Source: a virus
Direction: 5' to 3' (one strand)
Length of the DNA: 64,000 bases
IMG/VR virus record: IMGVR_UViG_3300005976_000005
Location: 36,448-100,447 of that record
Position 1 is the first letter of the stretch. Each line of letters begins with the position of its first letter. A program made the position numbers and the translations under genes. Of this stretch, positions 55,530 through 64,000 are shown one piece after another. The notes below the pieces were generated by a model. It did no database searches, was not told where the DNA came from, and worked only from the letters and a program-made list of their open reading frames with translations.

Positions 55530-56330
55530 CTATTTAAAATCTTTTAATCCAGCATTCCATAAGTTATTCTCAAGACTACAATATGATAAAGCCTTTTTAT
55601 AGTTTTCAACAACAGCATCTTTCATTCGGTTATACTTCTCAAATGACAAACCCTCTATGATTCTTCCCACTTCATCAATTGATTCAATCAATATCATCCC
55701 ATCTGTATTGAAGAACTTTTCTATCTCTGGACAACCCCAATAAATCGGAACCGTGCCTGTAATGAAACAATCTATCAACTTTTCAGTAAAGTAATATTTC
55801 AGAGATGAGTTCTCAATAGCAAAAGAAAAACAATATTCTCCCAAACCGTCTGCTTTATTATCTATTGGTTTGAATTCTCGACCATATAAGTCCATCTGAG
55901 AACCATATCTATCCATGATTTCGATTCTTTTTCTTTGACCAATGGTATTCTTTTTCAGAGAAGTAACCATTGATAATAGTTTACTCTTTTGGTGTATTTT
56001 CCTATCTTCAGTAAAGACCCAAGAACCACCCAGAGGATAAAAGGAAGCGTTCTCATATCTCTGTGCCAAATCGTAATCGAAAGTCAATACCAAATCGAAC
56101 AATCCAATATGCTGTTCAACAAATTCGTATTGGGCAGGAATAATGATTGGTGGTTCAACAAGCCAAGCAATCTTAACATCTACATCATCCTTCATTGCTT
56201 CGGCAAACCTTCTATCAGTATAGACAACAGGAGAGACATTCAAATCCCATTCCCAACGAAAATAGTCTCCAAGTCTCTTATAACTATTGCGGTCAAAATT
56301 AGAATCTTTAATTGAAATCTTAGGAAGCAT
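55530..56330 (-). CDS. GT10 fucosyltransferase-like protein
   Basis: YCFSFAIENS...YFTEKLIDCF.TGTVPIYWG. Confidence 0.8.
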   Translation of the reverse strand: MLPKISIKDSNFDRNSYKRLGDYFRWEWDLNVSPVVYTDRRFAEAMKDDVDVKIAWLVEPPIIIPAQYEFVEQHIGLFDLVLTFDYDLAQRYENASFYPLGGSWVFTEDRKIHQKSKLLSMVTSLKKNTIGQRKRIEIMDRYGSQMDLYGREFKPIDNKADGLGEYCFSFAIENSSLKYYFTEKLIDCFITGTVPIYWGCPEIEKFFNTDGMILIESIDEVGRIIEGLSFEKYNRMKDAVVENYKKALSYCSLENNLWNAGLKDFK

Positions 56331-56868
56331 GTATCAGTTCCTTGACGTTTTCCAAGTTCGTATATTGATTGAGAACTTCAATAAAATCATCACCTCTATT
56401 CCTGAGATAGACTAAGTGCTTAATCTTATCTGGTCTACTACTAATGTATTCTCTATACTCTACAAATCTTAATGCGTCTTCATAGACTGGAAGCGGAACA
56501 TAAACATTTCTGTCGTTCAGCACACGAGTCTCCAATAAGACTTGTTTCAATAACGGGTCAATGTAAGTCTTTGAATAAATTTCAAAGCTATCAAATAAGT
56601 CAAACTTGATGTCCAATTGTCTTGGACTAGAATAATAGTCCACATGAATTCTTCCCGGTAAATGACTAACACGAATATCACCATAAAAAGATATTACGTT
56701 TTGAATTAAAGAAGCCATTCTTGATTTGTCTTCACAGAAGATATCTAAGTCAGAATATTCCCTATAGTTTGGATAGTATTTCGGCAACCTAACTATAACA
56801 TAACGCAATTCTTTCAGTTGTTCAAATAAATGTCTCAAGTCAATAATATTAGAAAATTTCATCTTCAA
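56320..56868 (-). CDS. nucleotidyltransferase-fold-like hypothetical protein
   Basis: SDLDIFC, IKFDL. Confidence 0.45.
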   Translation of the reverse strand: MKMKFSNIIDLRHLFEQLKELRYVIVRLPKYYPNYREYSDLDIFCEDKSRMASLIQNVISFYGDIRVSHLPGRIHVDYYSSPRQLDIKFDLFDSFEIYSKTYIDPLLKQVLLETRVLNDRNVYVPLPVYEDALRFVEYREYISSRPDKIKHLVYLRNRGDDFIEVLNQYTNLENVKELIHAS

Positions 56869-56872
56869 TCCT

Positions 56873-57808
56873 TTATTGAATTACAGCAACATTAACTTTA
56901 TCAAATCCTTTTGATAATAGAATGGCTGCTCGGTGAGCCCCGTCCAATATCCTATATTTATTTCCTTCACGGCGAACCACAATCAAATTAGGTAGTTGAC
57001 CAGAATATTCAAACCTATTTATCAATCTGTCAAATGCTTGTGGAGAGTGGTCCTCTAAAAGAAAAATTCCCCAATGAGTATTCCAATAATCTTCATACAT
57101 TTTCTTAGCTTGAAAGTCTCCTGTCACATATCCATAATGAAAACTTTGTTCAACAGGAACACAACCAGCATTCACATGAGAAACCAATAAGTCATTTAGA
57201 CTGACTTCTTGAACATCAAAATTAAAAGGACTTAAATATGGAGAAGTGTCAATAGCAGGATTTGGTTTGAAAATAAATTTTTCCTTTGTTTGTAAACCCA
57301 ATACTTTCAAAGTATGGTCTACTTGAGTTTCATAGTCAGAACTATGTATGACATGTTCTTCAGTACGAGTACCGTCTGGTCTCCTTGGATTAAACTTATT
57401 ACGTATTGCCTCTTTTAAATCTTTGACCTTCTTACATTGTATGTGTCCAAAAACTCCTTCACCATACCAACGTTCGTCTGGGTTTTTATTCGTAACAAAA
57501 ACAAAGACAACTCGTGGTGGATACTTTAACAAATAACGACTTTTTGCAACCAAGTGGGGCCACGGAACCGTATCACAAACATACACATTTTTAATAAAAT
57601 TCTCCGTAGATGTTTCAAATTTCTTTCTAATGATTGCATGAATAATAAAGTTCTCGTCTTTTCTTATCTCGTCAACAATATCTAAGGCTTTATCATATCC
57701 ATTGCCCCAAATCATAAAATAATCAAATCTTGACATATACATTTCTCCGTTATAATAAAATCCAATTCTTACGAAATACGTCTTTATATTCTTCATACTT
57801 TCTATCAA
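56873..57808 (-). CDS. hypothetical protein with C-terminal ParB/Srx-like motif
   Basis: YRILDGAHRAAIL. Confidence 0.55.
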   Translation of the reverse strand: MIESMKNIKTYFVRIGFYYNGEMYMSRFDYFMIWGNGYDKALDIVDEIRKDENFIIHAIIRKKFETSTENFIKNVYVCDTVPWPHLVAKSRYLLKYPPRVVFVFVTNKNPDERWYGEGVFGHIQCKKVKDLKEAIRNKFNPRRPDGTRTEEHVIHSSDYETQVDHTLKVLGLQTKEKFIFKPNPAIDTSPYLSPFNFDVQEVSLNDLLVSHVNAGCVPVEQSFHYGYVTGDFQAKKMYEDYWNTHWGIFLLEDHSPQAFDRLINRFEYSGQLPNLIVVRREGNKYRILDGAHRAAILLSKGFDKVNVAVIQ

Positions 57809-58511
57809 TCAACCAATTCTTCGGAGCAATAACCTTAGTCTTTTCCTTTATTAAGAAAGAAGACCACCACGAAAAACTACTATTACAAAGTACAAGAGAG
57901 TCGCATTTAGAAAGCAAACATAAGTCTTCAATTTCATTCTTAAATGGCGACTTCACTGCGTTTGAAAAACTCATTTCCTTGTTAACTGAAGTCCAATCAT
58001 CAGTGCAAACAACAGCCGAACTTTTTCCAACAATCTTTGAAGCTTCGCTATAATATTTTGCGTCCTGTATTGCGTGAACATTTGAAAATTTAATATAATC
58101 ACCACGGCGAATATGCACACCAACAACTGGTCTTGCCAATGTGTTCAAAAAAGAGTCAACCATTTCTTCAATATCTTTTGGAAAAACAAACAGACTTCTA
58201 ATAATATCTGTAGCATCTTCAAAATATTTCTCTGATTGGAAATATCCGTCAAACAAAACTCCATCCATCTTTGGAATTTGGTGATATTTCATTCCAAATT
58301 CTTGATAAACTTTCGTTGGTAATTCCGTAGTTGTATGAATATTCCGAAACAAATTATCTTTATATTTGCTGGCTGTAAATCCCTGGTTTGGACAAAAACT
58401 TAATCCGTAGTTAATACCCCAGTCCAATCCATATCTCTTTGCATACGCACATGCGTTCGCAATCTGAAACATTTGATTTCCTAGACCACCTGCTAATTTT
58501 GGAACAACCAT
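57750..58511 (-). CDS. GT11 alpha-1,2-fucosyltransferase-like protein
   Basis: GGLGNQMFQ, GYFQSEKYF, VHIRRGDY, NSSFSWW. Confidence 0.92.
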   Translation of the reverse strand: MVVPKLAGGLGNQMFQIANACAYAKRYGLDWGINYGLSFCPNQGFTASKYKDNLFRNIHTTTELPTKVYQEFGMKYHQIPKMDGVLFDGYFQSEKYFEDATDIIRSLFVFPKDIEEMVDSFLNTLARPVVGVHIRRGDYIKFSNVHAIQDAKYYSEASKIVGKSSAVVCTDDWTSVNKEMSFSNAVKSPFKNEIEDLCLLSKCDSLVLCNSSFSWWSSFLIKEKTKVIAPKNWLIDRKYEEYKDVFRKNWILL

Positions 58512-58608
58512 AAAAATATCCTTATATCAATTATTTATTATGTGTTCCAACATATAAGTATAAAATGCTCTAACATTGATATTATCAAACTTCTTATAAA
58601 TATCCATC

Positions 58609-59367
58609 TCATATCTCCTTATATTGTTGTAATGATTTTATGTATCTTGCTGTTAACAATTGTAAATTAACATTCTTCTTAGAATCTCCAATAGGATTTT
58701 GGTTGTTGTATATATAGAGAATTTTATCAATGTATCTAATACGGTTGTTTCCAGCCATTTCTATCATAGGATACATTATGGCTAAATCCCATGCCATTGC
58801 AAAATATTTTCCATCAAGACCTCTCAAGTCATTGTTTTTCACTTTTGTCCAAATTTTATATTTGAATGTCCTCAAATGTGAAGTAAACCACGGAAACTCC
58901 TTCCTATATCTTTGTGTATGAAAGTCCATAAATCTACCAATACCCTTTCTACCATTACTCAAATCTGAATAACTTCCATACGTCAACCACACACTATCGT
59001 TTTGATACACACCATTCAGATGCTCAAAAACATCATGTGATGCCAACCAATCGTCACCATCAAGAAGAACAATAATATCTTCTGGATTATCACAAATAAG
59101 TTTCGTACCATAAACAATATTCTCAAGAGCACCAACATTTTCAGTTCTTTGTAGAACCCTAAACTTTTTTTTCTTGTGTTGCTCTTCTTTCGGTATATCC
59201 AACATGAACTTCTTTATTTTCTCAAGGGTTTCATCAGTGGAGCAGTCATCTATAATAACACACTCCCAATTCTCATAGCTTTGATTGTACAAAGACCTGA
59301 TACACTTTTCTATCCAGTTCTCTGAATTGTAAACTGGAATAACTACTTTGAATTTGTTATCTTTCAT
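58609..59367 (-). CDS. glycosyltransferase family 2
   Basis: IPVYN, IDDCSTD, LDGDDWL, HLRTF. Confidence 0.9.
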   Translation of the reverse strand: MKDNKFKVVIPVYNSENWIEKCIRSLYNQSYENWECVIIDDCSTDETLEKIKKFMLDIPKEEQHKKKKFRVLQRTENVGALENIVYGTKLICDNPEDIIVLLDGDDWLASHDVFEHLNGVYQNDSVWLTYGSYSDLSNGRKGIGRFMDFHTQRYRKEFPWFTSHLRTFKYKIWTKVKNNDLRGLDGKYFAMAWDLAIMYPMIEMAGNNRIRYIDKILYIYNNQNPIGDSKKNVNLQLLTARYIKSLQQYKEI

Positions 59368-60176
59368 TCCATCTCACTCCAAAATAATTCAGTTTCTTCA
59401 CAAATCTTTCTGTATGTTTTACCCTTCTGTCTGTCCCAGTAGCAGATTTTCCAATCCTGATATTTCTTGTTATCCCATGTACCAGGATGTATAACAAATA
59501 CGTTCTCAAGCACATAGTATCCGAATTTATGTTTATACATATCTTGAATAAGGATAGCATCGTCATAACCGTAAACTCCTATTATCTGATAACCATTTAT
59601 CTTTTTCCATGCTTCCATGCTTATGAACAAACAGCATCCTTGAATTCCACCAGGAGCGCTTGCCCATGAAAGAGTATTTTTACCAATGTTCATCCTATTA
59701 TCAAACTGTTTTATCCAGTGCCCGTTATCCTTTTCAATATTAGGAGCAATCATTCCTGTCTTCTTTCCTGTAACTTTTTCAGCGCTTTTAGCACAATCTA
59801 TTAGATTTTGAATGAAGTTATGTTCATTCTCCTTGAATATTATGTCAGAGTCGCATGTCAACATATATTCTTTACTATTAGACTTTTCCCACTTCCTAGT
59901 CATGTTATTTACATAATATGCCTTACCAAAGTTCTTTTCAAATTTGAAAAGCTTTATTTCAGAAGCATATGGCTTTATCTCTTCTTTTATTATTTTGATA
60001 ATCTTTTCCCAATAATCGTCTTTACAGAACCCTCCAAAGATACAGTCAATCTCTATATTCTGCGTTCTAAGCAATCTACCAAGCGACTTCAAAGATTCTG
60101 CGTTCTGATTAAACATATATTCGTTCGGGGAAAATATAGGATAGCAGCCAAACACATTGTCAATTTTCATAGCCAA
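59364..60176 (-). CDS. glycosyltransferase family 2-like protein
   Basis: NFGKA..VN, CDSDI, GCCL, YGYDD, VIHP. Confidence 0.7.
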   Translation of the reverse strand: MAMKIDNVFGCYPIFSPNEYMFNQNAESLKSLGRLLRTQNIEIDCIFGGFCKDDYWEKIIKIIKEEIKPYASEIKLFKFEKNFGKAYYVNNMTRKWEKSNSKEYMLTCDSDIIFKENEHNFIQNLIDCAKSAEKVTGKKTGMIAPNIEKDNGHWIKQFDNRMNIGKNTLSWASAPGGIQGCCLFISMEAWKKINGYQIIGVYGYDDAILIQDMYKHKFGYYVLENVFVIHPGTWDNKKYQDWKICYWDRQKGKTYRKICEETELFWSEME

Positions 60177-60960
60177 TCTCCTTGACCCAGTTTTTAACTA
60201 TTTCTTTCTTGTCCATCTCCCAGTAACCATCGGTGGAACTGTTACCGTGGTATTCTGTATTTGTCATTTTACATTCACCCTTTATGTATCCCCATGTCTC
60301 TAACTTTGATGAATGGTAAACATCTGTTACAGAATCGTATATCTTCTGTTTATTCTCTTCAAAACCCATAAAAACAACTTTGTCACCATCAACCATATGC
60401 TGGACTTTGGTTTGCCAATACCACGGGTCTGCAATAACTCCATATATAAGAACCTTATCACAACCATCATCAAGCGCCCTTTTAATGGAAATATGGACTC
60501 TTTTGTTTTTGTCAATGGAACCAACTATTCCAGCAATCTTACCACTTGGTTTTTTGTTTGGTTTCAGATCGTCAAGAACATTTGGAAGTATGAAGTGTGG
60601 ATGATCTATGGAATGGAAATCTCTCTGGTGCTCACTGACATAATGAATCTTGTCAAAAATCTCGTACTTGATATCTTTCAATGGAAATATATCCTGTTCA
60701 TGACATGACAAGAAGAACCCTTTTATCGGTGGTCTCTGTATGAAGTTATTTCTGAAGTGTACTATTAGAATGTCTTCTTTCTTTATTTTCAGCTTTTCAC
60801 CTGGTTTACAACATATAGATTTACACTTGTCAAGATGAAATGGATGAGGACCCATAAAGACAGTCTCATACCCAAATTCATTCAGCGCGTTTGTCAGATT
60901 TATGAATGCTGTTGTAGAACCACCAGGATTTGACCAACCAGATAATATACGAATCATCAA
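60160..60960 (-). CDS. GT-B (GT4-like) glycosyltransferase
   Basis: GGSTTAF, VSEHQ, PNV, VGSID.NK, ETWG...EC. Confidence 0.7.
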   Translation of the reverse strand: MMIRILSGWSNPGGSTTAFINLTNALNEFGYETVFMGPHPFHLDKCKSICCKPGEKLKIKKEDILIVHFRNNFIQRPPIKGFFLSCHEQDIFPLKDIKYEIFDKIHYVSEHQRDFHSIDHPHFILPNVLDDLKPNKKPSGKIAGIVGSIDKNKRVHISIKRALDDGCDKVLIYGVIADPWYWQTKVQHMVDGDKVVFMGFEENKQKIYDSVTDVYHSSKLETWGYIKGECKMTNTEYHGNSSTDGYWEMDKKEIVKNWVKEIGYEN

Positions 60961-61994
60961 ACCTCCAACATCGCTTTAATTTTACTTTCTAGTTTATTAA
61001 CATCAACAAAAAAATTTTGGTTTGTATCCTTACCAAAACCGATAATAGCATTGTAGTAAATTCCTTTTTGTTTTGATAACCAATAATAATGTGGTGGGAA
61101 ATCGATGTCCGTATGAACTTCTAACATTTTACATTCACTTCTACAAAAAGCCAAATTTGCTAAAGAAGCCCCATGAATACCTATAATATTCTTGGCATTT
61201 TTGAAGTAAGAAATTTGCTTTTCTATGGATTCATCATCAAACTCAACATACTTGAAACCATTCTTTGTCAGAACTTTTTTAACTTCGTCAATGTTCTTTA
61301 TATGCCTTCTTGTAGAATGACTTCTTCCAACAAATATATTCATAGGAGTTTTTTCTAATTCAAGTATACTGTTAGCATTCGTATCTATAAATTCCCAATT
61401 TAGCTTCGTATTTATAGAATTTCTAATCAATATAAGTTTGTCACATTCAACTATTTCGTTTCCCTGAAAATAGAAATTCAACGTTTTACCAAAGTCAGTC
61501 CTTCTAAAAAAATCAAAAGCTTTACTATTTCTTAAATAATCTGGAATAAGTATAGTAATATTTTTGTCAATCCATTCCCTTAGTTTTATAAGTTGTCCTA
61601 TTAGATCATTATAAAAATGCCAATAGTTATTAGAAGCGTATCTTAAATTAAAAGAGTATGCTATATCAAACTTTTTACCAGATTCTATTCTGTTGATATT
61701 ATTACAAATTTCATAACTTGGGATTCTGAGGGATTCCAAAGAGTCGCAGTTTTCCCAGTAATAAAGAACCGATGCCTCCAAAACATCATTATCTTCAGAT
61801 ACCGCCCATCCGACAGGTGTTACCTTGGTTCTCTTGTCAAAAAAGAAAAAGTATCCTTCTTGAGCTTTTAGACTATTGAGTTCAACCATTCTATCAGAAA
61901 TTGCCTTTTCATCAGAATAAGTGTCAAACAACTTGAAAGGATAACTCTTTTCGTAATGTAAACAATATGGTTTTTTATTAACAGGAATAATCAT
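60957..61994 (-). CDS. GT61/DUF563-like glycosyltransferase
   Basis: NYWHF..D, RHIKN.DEV, QI..F.NAK.IIGIHGASLAN; start refined to MIIPV after AAGGAGG. Confidence 0.8.
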   Translation of the reverse strand: MIIPVNKKPYCLHYEKSYPFKLFDTYSDEKAISDRMVELNSLKAQEGYFFFFDKRTKVTPVGWAVSEDNDVLEASVLYYWENCDSLESLRIPSYEICNNINRIESGKKFDIAYSFNLRYASNNYWHFYNDLIGQLIKLREWIDKNITILIPDYLRNSKAFDFFRRTDFGKTLNFYFQGNEIVECDKLILIRNSINTKLNWEFIDTNANSILELEKTPMNIFVGRSHSTRRHIKNIDEVKKVLTKNGFKYVEFDDESIEKQISYFKNAKNIIGIHGASLANLAFCRSECKMLEVHTDIDFPPHYYWLSKQKGIYYNAIIGFGKDTNQNFFVDVNKLESKIKAMLEV

Positions 61995-62020
61995 CAAACC
62001 TCCTTCAAACTTTATTTTCA

Positions 62021-62049
62021 ATTATATCATGTTATTCATTTTTCGTCAA
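62021..62049 (-). promoter_or_regulatory. sigma70 promoter heading the glycosylation island
   Basis: TTGACG 62049-62044, 17 nt, TATAAT 62026-62021. Confidence 0.7.
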
Positions 62050-62230
62050 TCATAAAAATTTTTCTAACTGTCGCCTTACAAATTGTAGTTTGTTAAAATC
62101 TTCTACTGAACCACCAGGTTTATCAGGGTGGTATTTCAAACATAGAATATCAAAAATAGAATATCAAAAGAAATATGTCAAAGAAAATAAAAAAAATAAA
62201 CACAAGACTTAGAAAATATCAAAAAACATA
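62050..62230 (-). pseudogene. J-domain remnant
   Basis: LKYHPDKPGGSVEDFNKLQ with degraded 5' part. Confidence 0.55.
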
Positions 62231-62235
62231 ATAAA

Positions 62236-62754
62236 CTAATTTAAAATTTCGTCAATATTTTTCGGAGTAAAATTTATCATTTCAACTGAACAATTAAACA
62301 TATTACTTTTTAATTTATCGTTCTCTGAATTGTTATGAATGTGACCACATAATTCATAATCTTGTTCAAATTCATAAATTGGTTCATGACACAGAAGAAT
62401 ACTTTTACCTTTATATTCAAGATAGACTGGTTCTTCATAAGCATTTATATTTGTAAATTTGTTAAGGTGTGTATCGTGATTTCCTAAAAGAAATTTTTTG
62501 ATTCCGGGAAGACTATCAAATAATATTTGAGCAGTTTCATATTTATTTGGATGTCCAATAACCCAATCACCCAAATGAAATATAACATCATTTTCTGAAA
62601 CTGTTTCGCACCAGTTACTAAAAATAGTCTCATTCATCTCATCAATAGAACTAAATTGAGTTCTTAAACCAAAATCAAAAGCTAATCTACTATGAAACCA
62701 ATGACAATCTGAAATAACATAAAAAGGTTTTTCAAAATTTCCTATAAACTTCAT
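62236..62754 (-). CDS. calcineurin-like metallophosphoesterase
   Basis: SDCH..H, LGDW, GNHD, HEP, GHIH. Confidence 0.9.
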   Translation of the reverse strand: MKFIGNFEKPFYVISDCHWFHSRLAFDFGLRTQFSSIDEMNETIFSNWCETVSENDVIFHLGDWVIGHPNKYETAQILFDSLPGIKKFLLGNHDTHLNKFTNINAYEEPVYLEYKGKSILLCHEPIYEFEQDYELCGHIHNNSENDKLKSNMFNCSVEMINFTPKNIDEILN

Positions 62755-62773
62755 TTAATTATAAACTCCTTCT

Positions 62774-63358
62774 TCAATATTTTTTATAATGTACGTAAAA
62801 ATCTACAATGTCATTGTCCTTTATCAATGTCTTGAATGTATTTAGAGCATCTTCATGCGACTGGATTATTCTTTCCATTGGTATTGGATTTCTCTCGCCG
62901 GTCTCTACTCTCTTCTGTGCTTGTTTAGATGCTATCTCTGGTTTGGTATCGATCAGTACAAGTACTGTTGTGAAGTTATTTTCTTTGGCTCTTTGTATTC
63001 TTTTTCTTGCGGCATTCACATTTTGGTTAGTTCCCATATGTACAAATGATTTATCACCTTCTAATGCTTTATTCAATGCCTTATTGAACTTGGCTCTTCC
63101 TGCTCCTAGGTTGGCTCTACTATATTTACCACCACCAACTTCAGAAACGTAATCGTCAACATCTATAATAGGAAGTTCTACAATTTTCTTTGTCAAGAAT
63201 GTTTTTCCTGCTCCAATTCCACCACCAACACTAACAAACAACTTATCGTCTTTGATGTTGTTGATTTGGTCAAGTTCTATCTGTGTTGACTCGTTAATAC
63301 TGTAGTAATTGTAAAAACTAGTAATTGACACCCGGTGATTCTCCTGCTGTTGGTTCAT
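62774..63358 (-). CDS. P-loop kinase (AAA_33/zeta-like), CTS-like segment near N-terminus
   Basis: GGIGAGKT, IDVDD; SFYNYYSINE. Confidence 0.75.
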   Translation of the reverse strand: MNQQQENHRVSITSFYNYYSINESTQIELDQINNIKDDKLFVSVGGGIGAGKTFLTKKIVELPIIDVDDYVSEVGGGKYSRANLGAGRAKFNKALNKALEGDKSFVHMGTNQNVNAARKRIQRAKENNFTTVLVLIDTKPEIASKQAQKRVETGERNPIPMERIIQSHEDALNTFKTLIKDNDIVDFYVHYKKY

Positions 63359-63731
63359 CGCTCATTAAGGGATTACCACCCATTGGAGGTGGTTGTTGTG
63401 GTTTACGTTTTGGTTGAATCTTTATCTTCTCAACTTTATTATATACGTCGTGAAGAAACTTACTCTTAGCTTTGGTTATTATTTCGTGTATTCTTTTCTT
63501 CACTTTCTTTACGTAACTATTATCACCAACCATATGCTTGCGAATCTCATTACCTACAGCAACATCAAAATCACCATAATTTGGAAAACACTTCTCCAAA
63601 TAATTACACATACCAGCTATGAAAGCAGAATCTATTCCAATAGAAGGAGACTCATCCTCAAGGATAATTCTTACTTCATTTGCAAATTGCTTTGCTTCAC
63701 TTTCTCTAAAATAGTATTCTGTAAATTTCAT
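63318..63731 (-). CDS. hypothetical protein, CTS-like N-terminus
   Basis: MKFTEYYFRE. Confidence 0.7.
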   Translation of the reverse strand: MKFTEYYFRESEAKQFANEVRIILEDESPSIGIDSAFIAGMCNYLEKCFPNYGDFDVAVGNEIRKHMVGDNSYVKKVKKRIHEIITKAKSKFLHDVYNKVEKIKIQPKRKPQQPPPMGGNPLMSDEPTAGESPGVNY

Positions 63732-63745
63732 ATAATACACGCGCT

Positions 63746-63940
63746 TTAAGACATTATTCTTTCTATTTTATCACTAATATCTTTAACAATATTGTTAGCC
63801 ATTCTACCAATAGCTTCGTCTGAAAATCTCTGATCTACTCCACTACTCATCATATAGTTAATAATTGAATTAGTCAACTCATCAACATCAGTTTCTACAT
63901 TTCCACCAATATTTTCTTTTAGATATTTATTGAAACTCAT
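63746..63940 (-). CDS. hypothetical protein, CTS-like N-terminus
   Basis: MSFNKYLKE. Confidence 0.7.
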   Translation of the reverse strand: MSFNKYLKENIGGNVETDVDELTNSIINYMMSSGVDQRFSDEAIGRMANNIVKDISDKIERIMS

Positions 63941-64000
63941 TTCTTGTACTCCTGATTGTAAGCTTTCTTTGCTTCCTTAAAACGGTCACTAACTACTTTG

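Noticed and set aside
1-64000. Most plus-strand ORFs and nested minus-strand ORFs, e.g. 19375-20010, 36347-36943, 14395-14847
   Set aside because: Antisense or off-frame shadows of well-supported genes, with no motifs or RBS
1-64000. Genome-wide stop-codon reassignment (code 15 or 4)
   Set aside because: TAG, TGA and TAA all end genes at natural domain ends or in start/stop overlaps; long genes are intact in code 11
1-64000. tRNA genes
   Set aside because: The only tRNA-like acceptor/T-arm found belongs to the tmRNA

Overview
64 kb from a large, AT-rich dsDNA phage genome, most likely T4-like. This assignment is inferred: no capsid or tail gene lies in the window. Almost all real genes are on the minus strand, densely packed and read in the standard code, with repeated sigma70-type early promoters (TTGACA-N17-TATATT) and T4-type late motifs (TATAAATA). 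Main elements: (1) A compact, apparently chimeric type I CRISPR-Cas locus: cas3, cas7fv-like, cas5fv-like, cas6e-like, a leader with two IHF sites, and an array of 22 repeats / 21 spacers (32-bp repeat). No cas1, cas4 or cas8 and no recognisable cas2. (2) Early accessory genes for RNA repair and NAD/ADP-ribose metabolism (Thg1, nucleotidyltransferase, RNA ligase, NADAR, Nudix, PncA, a decayed nadD, NAD-dependent ligase). (3) About 20 genes at 37.8-49.7 kb and 62.8-64 kb whose products start with an M-x-F-x-x-[FY]-x-x-E motif resembling the T4 capsid-targeting sequence; they include ADP-ribosyltransferase-like, nuclease-like, cupin, HAD and kinase cargo. (4) A tmRNA. (5) A 12-kb glycosylation island whose left edge is a cassette bracketed by a 91-bp direct repeat. 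(6) Many relics: homing-endonuclease fragments, IS200/IS605 ends and frameshifted small genes. Family calls come from motif recognition and remembered family sequences, not from database searches.
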